NCBI GenBank assembly: GCA_023213395.1
Contig: CM041465.1
Coordinates: 88,171,741-88,235,740 of the forward strand
Length of the DNA: 64,000 nt
Origin: Cycas panzhihuaensis
Lineage: Eukaryota > Plantae > Cycadophyta
Reading direction: 5' to 3'
The translations under genes and the position numbers were made by a program. The notes under the pieces are model-generated. The model was not told the origin of the DNA. It ran no database searches and saw nothing but the letters and a program-made list of their open reading frames with translations. Shown piece by piece: positions 12,740-30,013 of this stretch (the stretch's first letter is position 1; each line of letters starts with the position of its first letter).

Positions 12740-15700
12740 TAGCCATGCAATTTGTGATATTTCATTAAACAATTTTCAAAGGATTTTTTGTTTATTCGAT
12801 TCCACTATATCCTTTGATGAGATCAAGTTTGAACAAATTATGAAGGATAAATAGTTAGGTAAGAATATGTTAGGTTGATCCAAGCTTGATACGAAAACAG
12901 ATGGTTTGAAAGTAGGAGCTTTTTTTAAATGCATCTACCTCCAGATCCCTTCGTTGTTAGAAATGTTTGGTTGTAGTGATGAATCAAAGTTGAAATTACT
13001 ATGTATTATATTACAAAGCTAGAAAGAAAATCACTTGTTGCATTGGATCACTATGGTAAGTGACAATCTAGTTTCTTAGTTGAAGTAAAATTTGGCACCT
13101 AATTCTACCTAGTTGCATACATGGTTTATGTGCTTCCTGGGTCGAGGCAATTTGCTTGTTTTTAGCCACACAAGAATAAGTTCAATGATGGTGCGATGAC
13201 TACTTTCAAATTTTGAAGGTATGGGCAATGAAAACATAATTATTTTTATAAGAGTTATTAGATAGGTCTTTACATGTTATAGGAAGTTATATTTATTAAC
13301 CTTTGAGGATAGATTATGAGGTAAGAATTTGGCTTGAAGGGAAAGGTGGCAAAATGAATGTTGATTTTTATTTATTTCAAGATTATTGCACTATTTGGTT
13401 ACATCCTTATTAGGGTTATACCTATCCAAATACCCTCCTCCCTAGCTCTATTGTATGAAAGCATGTAGACAATTATTATTGATTAGGGCTAAATTACACC
13501 ATAGGCATAAAAAGATGTCATATCAAATGAAGCTAGTAGTTATAAGATATTGAAAAGTCGATGGATAGGCTAAAATAGAAATGACATGCTCCCTAATAAA
13601 GGCATATAACTTAAAGAAAACCTCAGAGGTATTATGATTTAGATGGGATAATGGTTAGATATATGAAAGGCATGTAGATGCTTTATGCATGGCATAAGGA
13701 AGATGCTTTGGAGAGCTTTAAAAATGCCAAGGATGAAGCATATATTTGTACATCAAAATTTGTGTTTTATCCTTTAGAATTTGAGGCTACCGGTACCACA
13801 CATCTCCCTAATCTACACAACACTGAAGGGTTTGCCACGATTCAAGCAGGAAACAATGATGTGATCGAGCACAATATCCCAAAACTTAAGAAAAAGGTGG
13901 AGAATCATCATTGATCATCTAAACACGAAAGAGAAGCATTGACTCATAGCTCTTACCCCCAAATTATAAAACCCCAATAGTTGCTAGTGGCATATGTCAC
14001 AACACAAATTATATCACAAGTCACCTTAAAATTGGCATTATCATCGAGCACCCAAACAATGGCTTCAACATCTCCTTAGGCACCACAAGTTGGATTAAAA
14101 AAGGTAAAGCTTGTAGAATGAGACAAGGCATTAAAGTAGATAGTAGTTACCCCATCTAATACTCTCATCAAAAGAGGAACCCAGAAGAAACAAACACTTC
14201 AATCAAATAAAAAAGGTAACACAAGATGTGAACCCCATTTGCTAACACTATAGGAGTGGTAAGAGTTATAAATGCTGAGGTCACAAGTAACCAAACAAAG
14301 TCACAACTAGATATGACTACTACTCTAGATGGAGTCGTCATGGTTGCCAAGAGTGTTGTTGAATTTTACACTCTAGATATTGTATTATAAATCATTGCTA
14401 CAAAGTAGGAAGAGATAACAAACAATTTGCCATAGATTTCTAAATAAACAAAGGCCATACCTTGAAATACCCTTAAGTAAAGTGAGGCTCATATTTAAAA
14501 AAACCCACAACCAGAGGAAGATATAGAAGAAAGCAATAATCCTTCATCACAAAAGCAACATAAGATATGATTGTAGGAGACATATGCCATAAAAATAGTG
14601 GATGATAGCCCTCAATATGGTTTGTAGGTTGAGCAACATTAGGAAGATGTTATTGACCAATCATTCACATTAAATCCTTGGTTGGTAGTACACATAAAGG
14701 CCTAGAAGACAATTGCAAAGAAGATCTAGGTATTGTCCTTTGACCAAGCAACTAAAGAACACTTCTATCAATGAAGTAAACCAGACAAAACACTGTAGAA
14801 AGCTATGGTAAGAGTTAAGAAGTAGAGATTATCACTTGCTCAATGAAGGATGATTCTGCAGTTGAGTCTATAGAGTTGCACATAGTTGTTAGGTAAAGTG
14901 AAAAATAAGGTTTAATTTTTGCAATTGTAATTATGAACCGTGATGTCAGAAAATGATGCTTTAAGGATAGAGACCTTCGTCTTAAATAAAAAGATGAATC
15001 ATCTCATATAGCTATGGGAGAGATTGTCTATGCAATCTCTATAGGATGGAGCTAATGAAGAAATAAGGAAAATGCACGATAATGAAGCTAAAGATGGAAA
15101 GGCTTTGTAAGTTATATAATATCTAATGGGGATGTTTGTGGGTGATAACTAGGAGGTAACCCTACACCTATGAGATTTTATGAATTAATTATTTATGTTA
15201 AAGAAAAGAATAAATAGACTCAAGCAAGTCTTTTGCAGGGTCTATATCACCTTTAAAAAATAGCTACAAGAGTTTAATGTGTTTAACACTTGTAAACAAC
15301 AAGTGTCTATGTTTGGTGCTTAGGATAACACATCAAAACAATTTATTTAAAAATGGAAACATAAGCTAAATACACATATGGATAGGGCTAAGTTAGTGGT
15401 TGAAGGTGCTAAAGAGATGAAATAAGTGGTGGAGCCTATACTATTTGAGATAAACTCCCTAATTAATGAATATGACGCTTCTCCTCTAGACAAAGAAGCA
15501 CTTATGAGCAAGCATGAATTTATCAAAACCTTGGAGGAGGAGATAAATAAAGCGATGGGACAATTTCCCTTTGATTAGGAAATTAAGTTGAATGAATGGG
15601 ATTTATAAATATTTAAATGGGATTTCCAACATGCAAGCTTCTGGGGTCTAATAGTAAGAGGGAAGCACGAACTTTCCCTAGTCATGGATAAGATATATAA

Positions 15701-16050
15701 ACTAGAGAGGAGTATATAGTTGATTAACCTGCAAGTAATCCCCTTTTTGTAATAAGAATTGGTAGCCAAGATGAAGGACTCAATAGTAAAGGACCGACAA
15801 ATGAATGGGGTCCAAAATAATTACTTTTGTATAATTGGAGGGCCAAAGGTTGAGAATCAACCACTAAAGAGGGTTGGTTAGATTGTTAAGAGGATAGGTA
15901 CAGGTACACCTAGAATTGATGTGCTTTAATTACTACAACAAATTAAAATAGGTGATAAAGATAGGATAAAAAGAATCACCAAGCTTCATCAAATGATTGA
16001 TTGAGTGGTTAGACACATTCAACCCTTAACCTAGAGGACATGAAGATAAA
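12740..16050 (+). pseudogene. Decayed long purine-rich reading frame, possibly an accessory ORF in the 3' region of a gypsy element
   Basis: Codon-like A/G-rich sequence with K/E/Q-rich stretches and many stops, ending before a PPT-like agtggagg|tgttaaag. No domain recognised. Confidence 0.35.
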
Positions 16051-16263
16051 ATGAGAGGATGCAAACAAAAAAAAAAGGATTTAACTTTTGTTTGAGGCCC
16101 ACTGGTAATATTTTACTTTAGTTCTTTTTTTGTTTTGCTTGTCTTCCCTCTTTCCCATTCATTCATCTATTAGAGTTGAGTGGCATGTCATCCCTCTTAA
16201 GTTTGAATTTTATAACCCATTTAAGAATATTGGGTCATAAGGCGAAGCCCAACATTAGTGGAG

Positions 16264-19030
<2,767 letters not shown>

Positions 19031-19033
19031 ATC

Positions 19034-19051
19034 TAGTGACAACTCTGGGGA
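19034..19051 (+). promoter_or_regulatory. Putative primer-binding site, tRNA-Arg type (Tat/Ogre-like)
   Basis: tagtgacaactctgggga matches TGGCGACTCCACTGGGGA (recalled consensus) at 13/18 positions and lies upstream of gag. Confidence 0.5.
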
Positions 19052-19099
19052 CAATTTGTCTAAAATTGTAAAATTATGATTAAGGTTTTATATAGTTTA

Positions 19100-20298
19100 T
19101 TTTTCATAATTATTTTTCCTTTTACATAGGAGGGGAACAACCTAAGCGGTCCTATACACGATTATAAAGGAATAGTGGTAGAGATGAAGAGCTAAGAAAC
19201 CATCATGGTCTTACATTAATCTTTCTAATTTTCAACCTTTTACTATTGAGGAGGAAGAAGTTGATGAAATTCAACTTAAACATATTGACCATATGGAAGG
19301 AGGAGGGATTAATGGAGAAAATGATTTTGAAAGAGTCCTCAATGATTATTGTAGAAGAGGAATTCAATGATAAATGATTCCTTAAACTTGAAGGGAGTTT
19401 TGCACAATATTCTTGATAAAACATGGAATGCTTGCTCTATATTCTTTAGAGATTGCTTAGTGGTAACTAGAGAATGACTTATAGAATAATTTGTTTTCAT
19501 AAGTGAAAAATTCAATATTATACAAATATATGCAATAAGACTATTTGTGCATTTACTTGAAGGTGGAGTAGTTGATTGGTTTTAAGTTTTACCTAATGGT
19601 TTCATTACTAATTGGTAGAGCTTGATGGAGGTTTCAAACCTAAATATTTGAGCACTAAATCTAATGATGCAATCGCAAAGAAACTCTCCACAATAAGGAA
19701 GGACCCTAGAGAAGTAGAGTTAGGTTTTATGGAAGGACAAAAAAAAAAGTAAGGATGGTTAGTCTAGGGTAAAGAGTTTTAGATGAGATATAATTGGAAT
19801 GATTTATGGAGGGAATGGGTAGTGAAACTAGAATGATGGTGGCGTATAAATTTCCATAACCCATGAATGATACCAAGGATTTGGCATTGGGGATGAAAAA
19901 GATAATAAACAAATTTAGGAATGGCACACCTCCCTCCATGTTTTTAGCTCGCAAAGATATTCCTCATATCCCATCATAAACAGATCCTCATGGTTAGTCT
20001 CTCATAAGAAAATTAGATAATGATTTGTAATATTGCAAGAAACAAGCTAAGGATAAAGAACCATAATAACTAATAATGATAAGAAGAAATAGGGTTAAGC
20101 TTGAAACAACTAATCATGAGGATGATTTTGAAGATTGGCTAGTTAATGAGCAACTATGCAATTTAGAGACCTGCTAATAGTAACAAATGGAGAGGTTTCA
20201 TTTTCTCGATATACTAAACCCATCATGGATTCTTTTACAAAGTTAAAATAAGTTGATATTGATGATGTTAATTTGGTAGTGTTAACCAGACCCTAAGG
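19100..20298 (+). mobile_element. Tat-type Ty3/gypsy gag (5' part, cut by copia-1), pseudogenised
   Basis: AIRLFVHLLEGGVVDWF*VLPNGFITNW at ~19532-19615 fits the retrotransposon gag motif RLFxxxLxGxAxxWFxxLPxxSIxxW. Confidence 0.75.
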
Positions 20299-20959
20299 TA
20301 TTGAGAAAACTAGGTCTTAATAACCAAAAACTGCCACCAAGATCTAAACTATTTTGCAACTAGTTACAAGAATTAAAACTAAAATTTAATATGCAAGTTC
20401 TTAAACTAGATATAATATAATAAATAAATAAATAATCCAAAGCATCATATATACACTAGATATAACATGGTAAAGCCTTAAGCGTGTACTAGGAAAACAT
20501 CCACATAAGAAAGGTATCGATTTTTATTATCTAAGAATAGAGAAATGTACATAACTTGTAGCAAAATGCTTATAATAATAACAACCAACTGCCTCTTCTT
20601 AATACAGTATATCCAATATATCAAATACCATCAATATAATGAGGAAACATCCTAAATCAGGCTATATGAGAGAGTCATACAAGGCATAAATCTCAATTAT
20701 TAAATCTGGGGTATTTTTAATGAATGACTCTGATTCTCTTTATAATTTAGTATGTTTTACATCACCAGCTTTTCGGGTTGGCGGGTACTGCCTCTAAACC
20801 CTTATTTACAAGGGGAGGGGTTTCGAATTCCCCTGCATCCCTTGGCTAAGGGGGACTCCTGCCCTCCTTGGATCCCCTCACGAAAGTTTAGGGGGGAAAC
20901 TATGCTGCTAACTTGTCAAAATTTTTACCTCCAAAATATTGTTGTCATATTATCTAATA
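20299..20959 (-). repeat. Copia-1 3' LTR (~660 bp)
   Basis: tattgagaaaactag...ttatctaata is homologous to 25007-25663. Confidence 0.93.
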
Positions 20960-23900
20960 ATCTTCACCTTGACAACAATCTACTTGATACATTTTTTGGA
21001 CCATTAATCACCTTTTCTGTAAACCAAGAGAAGCCAAGTATTATTTGAACTTCTCTAATACTACTGGTTTTGTAAACATGTCAATATAATTCTATGTTAT
21101 GTTAACTTTCTTAAGTGTCAGTCCACTTGCTTCTACAACCTATCTAACAAAATGGTACTTAAGAGCAATATGCTTTGTCGTACTATAATAAGCTAGATTC
21201 CTTGCTAAGTAAATGACACTTTGACTGTCACAAAGTACCTTTACCTTTTCCGGTTTCCTTCTAAGCTCAACCAATAGACCCTACAACTAGATTGCTTCCT
21301 TACAAGCATGTGTTGTAGCAACATATTCTACTTCTGTAGTCAATAATGTAATTGTACTATATAATTTTGACATCCAACTAACCAGACCATTTGCAAGAGT
21401 AAACATATAACCTGAAGTAGACTTTCTTTTATTTAAATCTCATATAAAGTCTGAATCAACATATTCATAAATCTAATTATTTGTACCACCAAAGGTAATG
21501 CAATAGTTACTTGTGGCTCTCAAATACTAAAGCATACATTTCAATGCTTCCTAATGTTTATTTCCTAGATTTTCTATAAAGCTGCTAACTATATTGACTA
21601 TATGTGAAATGTCAGGTCTTGTACATACCGTGGCATACATCAAACTTCCTACTACATTGGTATAATGTACATAAAACATATAATCTTTTTCTTCTTCACT
21701 ACTAGGACTCATACTCGAAGAAAGCTTGAAATGGGAAACCAACAAGATACTAACTAGTTTCACATTTTCCATACCAAATCTGGTTAGTACCTTCTCCATA
21801 TATTTCTACTGGGATAACCATAACTTACCATTTTTCCTATCTCTATGTATCTCCATGCCTAAAATTTGTTTTGTAGCTCCTAGATCCTTCATATTAAAAG
21901 TCATAGCTAATTGAGCCTTTAGCTTGTTGATTTCTGCCATATTCTTGCTTGCAACTAATATGTCATCAACATACAATACCAAGATAATGAATAAACTATT
22001 GTACAAGAATTTAAAATAAATACAATGATCATACTCACTTCTTTTGAAATTTTGACTCTCCATGAAGCCATTAAACTTCTTGTATCATTCCCTGGGTGAT
22101 TGCTTTAGGGCATACAATGATTTCCTGAGCTTACAAACAAGTCTTTTCTTACCATCATGTACAACCCTTCTGGTTGATCGATATAGATCTCCTTATCTAA
22201 ATCTCTATGCGGAAAAGCTATTTTTACATCTAATTGCTCTAACTCTAAATCAAGAGAAGCTACCAATGTTAACAGAACTCAAATTAAAATAAGTATAACA
22301 ACATATGAAAAGATCTTATGAAAATCAATACTTGCTTTCTATGTAAAGCCCTTAGCCACCAGTCTTGTCCTATATTTACTAATCTTTTCATCAACATATG
22401 TTTTCTTCTTGAAAACTTACCTACAACCAATAATCTTCCAGCCATATGAAAGTTCTACCAAGTCCCATGAATTATTTTTCTTCAAAGTATCTATCTCTTC
22501 TTGCATAGCCCTCTTCCACTTCTCACTATGGATATTATCTACTACTTCTTGATAGCATGTAGGATCACCATCATTAGAAACCAAAGTAATACAAATATAA
22601 TAACTATACCTATCAGATGGATGACTGACTCATGTAGATCTTCTAACAGTTGGTAGAGGAGTGACCGCATACTCTTGTAAATTTATTGTAGATGCATATT
22701 TAGAAAACTCTTCTTGCTTTTCTGTTTCCAAAGATGGTTGGGTCTTAAGCTTGACCTGTTGATGTTTAACTTTCTGCTCATATTTCACTTTAACTTCTAT
22801 ACTATCTGATTTTAGAAAAGGAGATTCATCAAATATAACATCTCTATTAATAGTGATTTTGTGGGTAGTAGGATCCCACAACCTATATTCCTTCATACCA
22901 TCTTTATTACCATAACCAATAAAGATACATCTCTTAGATTTTGGGTCTAACTTTGAACGTTGACTTTTATTAGTTAAGGCATAAGCATTACAACAAAAAA
23001 CTTTCAAATTTGAATAGTCACATAGATGTCCCGTCCATACCTCTTCAGGAATCTTGTAGTCTATTACAAGTGATGGTGACCTATTTACTAAATAACAAGC
23101 TATTTGAATAGCTTCTGTCGGTAAGCCATGCTCCTCTCTTGTATTACTTAGCATGCTTCTCACTCTTTCTAAGACTGTTTTTCTCATGTGCTCAACTATG
23201 TCATTATGCTACAGAGTATAGCTAGTGGTCTTATGCCTCTTGATCCTAACTTCTCTGTAATAGTTCTTAAACTCTAAAGAGTTAAACTTACCTCCATTGT
23301 TAGTTCTTAAACATTTGATTGACCTACCAATGCTCTTCTCAACCAGAGCCTTGAACTGCTTAAATATACTAAAAGCTTTAGATTTCTTTTTAAAAAATTA
23401 GACCCATATCTTTCAGGAGTAATCATCTATAAATGTGACAAAGTATAATGATCCTCCATAAGATATTGTAGGGGCTAGTCCCCGTACATCCGAATGTACA
23501 TAATCCAAAACACCTTTACTAGTGTGACTCCCTACTTTAAACCTGACTCTACACTGCTTTCTAAAAATATAATATTTACAAAAAGTCAAATTTGAAAGTT
23601 ACAAGTTATAAAGTAACTTATGGTTCATCAGCACCTTAAGCCCTCTTTCACTCATGTGCTTAAGTCTCTGATACCATAACTAAGCTAGATCTTCTGCAAT
23701 CTTTGATGTTGTAGCTGCATAAATGACATCTACAGTTTTTACCAAAATATAAAGGTTTTCTTTCTTTAAGACTTTCATAACAACCAAGGTGCCCTTTTAC
23801 ACCTTCAAGACTCCTTCATGACTTATGTACTTATAACTACTAGAATCTAGTTCATCCAAGGAAATCAGATTCTTTTTTAGATTAGGTACATGTCTAACTT

Positions 23901-25006
23901 CAATTAATATTCTTACTACACTATTACATATTTTAATTTTGATGCTACCAATGCCCACTGTTTTATAGGAATCTTCATTTCTCATAAGCACATCACCACC
24001 ATTAAGAGGTTGATATGATGAAAACTAACTTTTGTGTGGACATATGTGATGTGAAGCACTTGAATCCAATAACCAATCATGATGATAATAGAAAACATTA
24101 CAAACAACCAAGACATCATCATCCATACCTTGATTTGACTCCACCTGATTAGCCTCCTTGGCAGGATCTTCCTTTTTTTATAACTCCTTCCTTTTATAAC
24201 AATCCTTCTTGAGGTGGCCTATGTTAGTGTAGTGCCAACATTTGAGCTTACTCTTATTGTCTTTTAACTTTGACCTCGATGTGTCCCTAGAGCTTTGTCC
24301 TTTCTCAATCATTTCACCTCTTATTATCATAGCTTCTAGTGTGGAGGTTTCAAGACTAGACTTCCTCTTCATCTCTTTCGTTAGTAAAGCACTCACAATA
24401 GAATCATAGTCTAATTCATCTATAGTACTAAAACTAATTAAATTGACAATATTATCCTAAGATTCCAATAATGAACATAACAAGGTAATGGCCTTATCCT
24501 CATCCTCAATCTTGATATCAATACTAGTCAACTGACAAATAAGAGTATTAAAAATATTTAAATAATTAAGAATTTTTGTACCTTCTTTTATCCATAATAA
24601 ATATAATTGCCTCTTCAAGTAGACTTGATTCGTCACTGATTTAGTCATGTACAAGTCTTCCAATCGAGTCCATAATCCTATTGTTGTTTTCTCCTCTACG
24701 ATGTTAAATAGAACTTTGTCTGCCAAGCACAATCGTATTATGCTAAGAGCCTTTTTTATCTAGATCATCCCATTTATCATCATCCATCCCTACAAATTTC
24801 TTTAGTTTGCCTTCCAAAGTTCTGTACAATCTCTATCATATCAGAATATCATACAGTTTTAGCTTCCATAATTTGAAGTTATTTTTACCATTGAATTTCT
24901 CCACCTTGAACTTTATATTCATCAGTTTTCCCATTTGGTATAGAAAAAGTTAATACCAAAACCTTCACAAACTCACTGTAAAAATAAAAGTGGCTTTGAT
25001 ACCACT

Positions 25007-25663
25007 TATTGAGAAAACTAGATCCCAATAACTAAAAACCGCCATCAAGATCTAAACTCTTTTGCAACTAGTTATAGGAATTGAAACTGAAATTTAACAT
25101 GGAAGTTCTTAAACCAAAGATAATATAATAAATAAATTTGAAAGCTAAAACATCACATATACACTAGATATAATGTGGTAAAACCCTAATAGTATGCTAG
25201 GGAAACATCCGCATAGGAAAGGTATTGATATTTATTATCCAAGAATGGAGAAATGTATATAATCTGCAGTAGAATACTTACAGTAATAACAATCAATAGA
25301 CTCTTCTTAATATAGTACATCCAATACATCAAATACCATCAACATAATGAAAAAACACCATAAGTAAGGCTATATGAGAGAGTCATACAAGGCACAAATC
25401 TCGACCATCAAATCTGGGATATTTTTAACGAATGATCTTGATTATTTTTACAATTTAGTATGCTTTACAATGCTAACTTTTTGGATCAGGGGCTACTTCC
25501 CCCAAGCTCCCATTTGTGGGGGTGGTTTTGGCACCCCTCGCATCCCCCAGCCAAGGGGGGCTCTTGCTCCCTTTAGATTCCCTTGCAAAAGTTTAGGGGG
25601 AAATCACATTACCAACCTGCTAAAATTTTTGCCTCCAAAATATTATTATCACATTATCTAACA
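25007..25663 (-). repeat. Copia-1 5' LTR (657 bp)
   Basis: tattgagaaaactag...ttatctaaca, adjacent to the PBS. Confidence 0.93.
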
Positions 25664-25668
25664 CAAGG

Positions 25669-28600
25669 AATAAATTAAGAAGTAAAGTAAGGAGGCCAAA
25701 CTTTAAATGGCCAGAGAAGAAATGCTCCTAGACCTAATATATCAAAAGTAGTGCAATAACCAATTAAGTAGTGACAAGCCATTACTAATATACCAACTTC
25801 ATGGTAGCCAATTCCTCTAAGGCATTTAGACAATGCAACTGAAAGTTTGCCTAAAGAATATAATATTGTGAAAGACTTGCTTTTAGATATTCTATAGGTA
25901 TGAATATACATTAGGTAATAAGGTTACCTATACAAAAGGAATAGCTTATCAACATATTATTGTCAAAAGAGTTTAGATAGAACATCATTGCCATACAAGG
26001 AGAGAAAATAATTAAGACAATTATCCTCCCAGTAAAGTCTATGAATAATCCTATTTATTTATCAATAGAAATGCATGATGAGTTTATACTACACAATTAT
26101 ATAGTTCATGTAGGAGCACTGCACAATGTGATGCCTTTTGTTATGATATAAGGCCTAGGGTTATAATGCACAAAAGTTGACTAGTTTATTAGAACTCTAG
26201 ACAATAGTGTTATGTTTACAGTTATGTAAGCCAAGGATCTAATTGTCAACCTCTTAGCAAATTTGAAGGTGATGGATGTTATCTCAATCATGGTGGTTGG
26301 TATGCCACCTGCATATGGTCTACTATTAGGCAAAGATTGGTCTCATCAAAGAAGAGTAATATTTCATATCAAAATGGGTTCTATAGCTTTCTTATTATAT
26401 TGAGATATCATCTCTTTCCCTAGGGAAGAAAGGTATTCTAATCATGTGTAAGTAAATGGAGGAGGAATTGGTAGATACCATTTTGTTTCTAATGCCATGG
26501 GAACTTTTACCATTTCTTCATGCTAAAATAAAGGATTACCTATATAGGAAGAATAAAAATATCAAACTAAGAAAGGAAACCTCACATAAATCTAGACTTG
26601 CACTTTAAACTTAGAGTAGGTGCTAGTGTTGTTCATAGATTCCTTGTAGGACACACTAATGTTTTCTTATCTGTTCAAATTTGATTATGCTAATAATATC
26701 ACAAAGAATGAGGCCTTAATTCTAGGGTTGTAAAGGGTCAAAGCTTGAAGATTAAATTGCTAAGGGTCTACAGGGATTCTATCTTTGTAGTTCAACAAAT
26801 TAGGGTTTTTTGCTCTACCAAATATGAAAGTTTAAAATCTTATAAGTAAGAGAGTATTGGAACTCATAGACAACTCTTAAGCCTTCAACATTGCACATGT
26901 TCCTAAGGAGGATAACTAGTTTGTAGACTCTCTTGCAAGAGCAACATCCTTATTGGAAAATATCTTAGAAGTAGGCTGCAATCATGATGTAGTTGAGTTG
27001 ATTACCATAGTTGTAGTATCAGATAATATGAAATATTAACAAGTATTTGATGATGATTAGGAAAAGACTAAATAATTACATAAATAATAAGAGTCTAAAA
27101 TCAATTATGAGGTTGAAGTGGTAACCCTTAAGTAAAACAAGATCATTAAAAAGTATGGTTTCCTTGGAAACTCTTTAATGGAAATGATTCTCCAAAGATT
27201 AAACATATAGGATCTGAGATTTTAAAGAAAAATTTAGAGGAAAGAGTACTTGATAATTTGGGTACTAAGGAAAACCCTAAGACCATTTTGATAAATAATG
27301 CTTACTCTCAAAAGGAAAAGGAAAATATTATTTTTCTATGCATAGAATATCAAGACATCTTTGCTTGCTCTTATGAAGATATAAAGGTATCCAACCTTGA
27401 TATAATCCAACATTAGATTCCTTTAAAGTCAGGAGTTAGATCTTTTAAATAGAAGAAAAAGTTAGATAACCCTAAAATAAAGGACTTGATATGGAAAGAG
27501 GTGTAGAAGTTAAGATATGCAAATAAAAAAATTCCAGTTAGGTATTTAGAATGGGTTGTAATTTTGGTTTTGGTCTAAAAGAAAGATTGAAATATTGTTT
27601 ATGTGTTGATTTTCAAAACTTCAATAAGCATTCCCTTAAGGACAATCACCTTCTCCTACAAATAGAACCATTTTTTTGAAAGGCGTTAAATGGATTCTCT
27701 GGATTCAATCAAGTATTGGTGACAATTGAAAATATACATAACTATTTTTACCATACCGTGGGGCATATTTGCTTGCAAGAAAATGTCTATTGGGTTGATT
27801 AATATTATACCAATATTTCAAAAGGTTATGGACTATTTATTTAGGGATTTGATTGCCATCATAAGCATCATCTATTTAGATGACATGATTGCCATCTCTA
27901 AGAAACAAGTAGATAATATGGAATAACTAAGATCGAGAGTCCAAAAATATTGGCAATTTGGTATATCCCTTGATCTGAAAAATAATATTTTTGGTGTTAC
28001 TGAATGAGAATTACTAAGATATACAATTTCAAAAGAAGGGACATATGTTGACCTTGAATGAGTAGTGACAATTAAAGAGCTATCATTACCTATTAATAAA
28101 AAAACAACCCAATCTTTCTTTGGTAAGATTTTTTTTGTTTTTAGAAGATTTATCCTAGATTTAGCTAGGGTAACCCTTTTCATTAATAAGTTGCTCAAGA
28201 AATCTTTGCCTTTTATGTGGGATTGTCTTGCTCATAAAGCCTTTGATAAGATCAAAGGTATTATCATGTAATTCTTGATATCAACTAGAATTGACTTTGA
28301 CAAGGACTTCATTTTCTGTTACTATGCTTTACATGGAGTTCATGTAGCCATGCCATTGTACAAGGATGTAGATAACTAAGAAAGGCCAATAGTCTTTTTA
28401 AGTAGAGCTTTGAATGGTTACCAACTAAGATACATGGAAGTTGAGAAGCATGCATATATCTTGGTAAAGGTAATTGAAGACTTCATGTCTTATATTATTT
28501 ATAATTATATAGTAGCATATGTCCCATTAATCCTAGTAAAGGTTATGCTTACTCAAATTGAGCTACTAGGAGATGGGCCAAGTGGTTGACCAAAATCTAG

Positions 28601-29900
28601 AGTCTTAGAATTACTAAAGGACAAAGTTTCTCTAAATTAATAGTAGAGAGTGAAGCTTAAAATTTGATGATAGTCAAGTGGAATTTTTAAGCTCGAAAGG
28701 AAAGACTCACTAATACAATTCTAATTAAGGAGTGAACTTTATCTCATTTCTTGCAAGATGTGAAATTTTATCTTGAAAATTCTAAAATGTTTTGAGTATA
28801 TAGATAGAGAGGTTCAAAGATCACTAAAGTTAAGGGTGATCCCATATGTTTTAGTATATGTGTGGTCTTGCAAAAGGAGCTATGATGGAATCTTGTTAAG
28901 ATGCTTAACCTTGGAAGAGGAATATGATGTTTTTAAGGAATTCCATGTAAGGAGGTGTGGAGTGTATTTAAGATCTTATAAGATCTTCAATGCCTAAAAG
29001 ATCTTAAGAGCATACTATTTTTGGCCTTTATTTTTAAAAAAGCATTCCAAAAGATTAAAGGTTATATTGCTTGTTAAAAGTTTATAGGAAAATAAAAGGC
29101 AAGGCTAGTATATGTTGATCAACTTTTTGAGAATTGGAGTCTAGATTTTATTAGTCCTATTAACCTACTATTAAGGAAATGATATATATTTATTTTAATA
29201 GCAACAAACTATTTTACTAGATGGGCAAAGGCATTCATTACCAAAAGGGAAACTACTAGTATAATGATATATTTTATGTAGGATATTATAATTCCAAAGT
29301 TTAGAGTGTCTCATTATGTGTTTTTGATAATGCCGTAGCATTTATCTTAATTGAGATGTCAAGTTTCTGTAAAGAAATGAGTATCGACTTGAATACTTCA
29401 TTTAATTAAAAGGATTAATTTCCAAACTATATTAAAAGGATTGGCATGTAGAGTTATATCAAGTATTATGGGTCAACAAGATAATGACAAGGAAGCTCTG
29501 AGGTACTATCTTTACCTATTGGTATATGGAAAGGAAGCCATTCTTGTATCCCATCTTACATTGAATATCCTTTAGTTAGTTGATCAAGAGGATTATGAAA
29601 TAACTCTTGTGACAAAGAGACTCAATCACTTATTAACTTTATAGGAGAAGCGAGAAGAAGCAAAGGATAATCTTAAGGCTTATAAACAAAAAATACAACA
29701 TTTTTTGATAATTTTTTTTCTCAAAAACCAAATTTAGTTCAGGAGAGAGTTCTAGTGTAGGACAAAGCCAAAGAAAAGTCAAGAGTCCATAAGAAGTTTG
29801 ATTTCTTATGGCTAGGACCATTCACTATTTTTGAAGAATTGGAGAAAATGCATTCAAATTAAAAATAATAAAGTAGAGGAGTTACTATTAAAACATCTAA
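25669..29900 (+). mobile_element. Tat-type Ty3/gypsy pol: protease, additional RNase H (aRH), RT, RNase H, integrase; pseudogenised
   Basis: IVHVGALHNVMP (~26101, protease); ANNITKNEALILGL...RVYRDSIFVVQQIR (~26690-26805, aRH); IIYLDDMI (RT, ~27867-27890); LDFISPIN...ILIATNYFTRWAKA (integrase, ~29140-29235); KFDFLWLGPFTI (~29794). Confidence 0.9.
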
Positions 29901-30013
29901 CAACCTCTTTATTACTTTGTAATTTATAAATATTTATATCTATGTAACATAGGTGTGACCCTCCATTGTAAATTTAATTGTGATGTAAAGATTGGTTGAG
30001 TTCATTACCTTTG

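Larger units (their letters stand above)
20299..25663 (-). mobile_element. Copia-1: full-length decayed Ty1/copia (Tnt1/Tork-like), 5.4 kb
   Basis: LTRs 25007-25663 and 20299-20959; tRNA-iMet PBS (tggtatcaaagc, 24993-25004); PPT ~20960-20971; TSD taagg/caagg. Gag CLADKVLFNIVEEKTT...LYMTKS; integrase KLDPKSKRCIFIGY; RT LVLYVDDILVA; VVGSLMYATVCTRPDI. Confidence 0.97.

Noticed and set aside
25374-25911. ORFs conserved in both duplicate copies
   Set aside because: They lie in an LTR or antisense to gypsy gag-pol; conservation only reflects the near-identical duplication.
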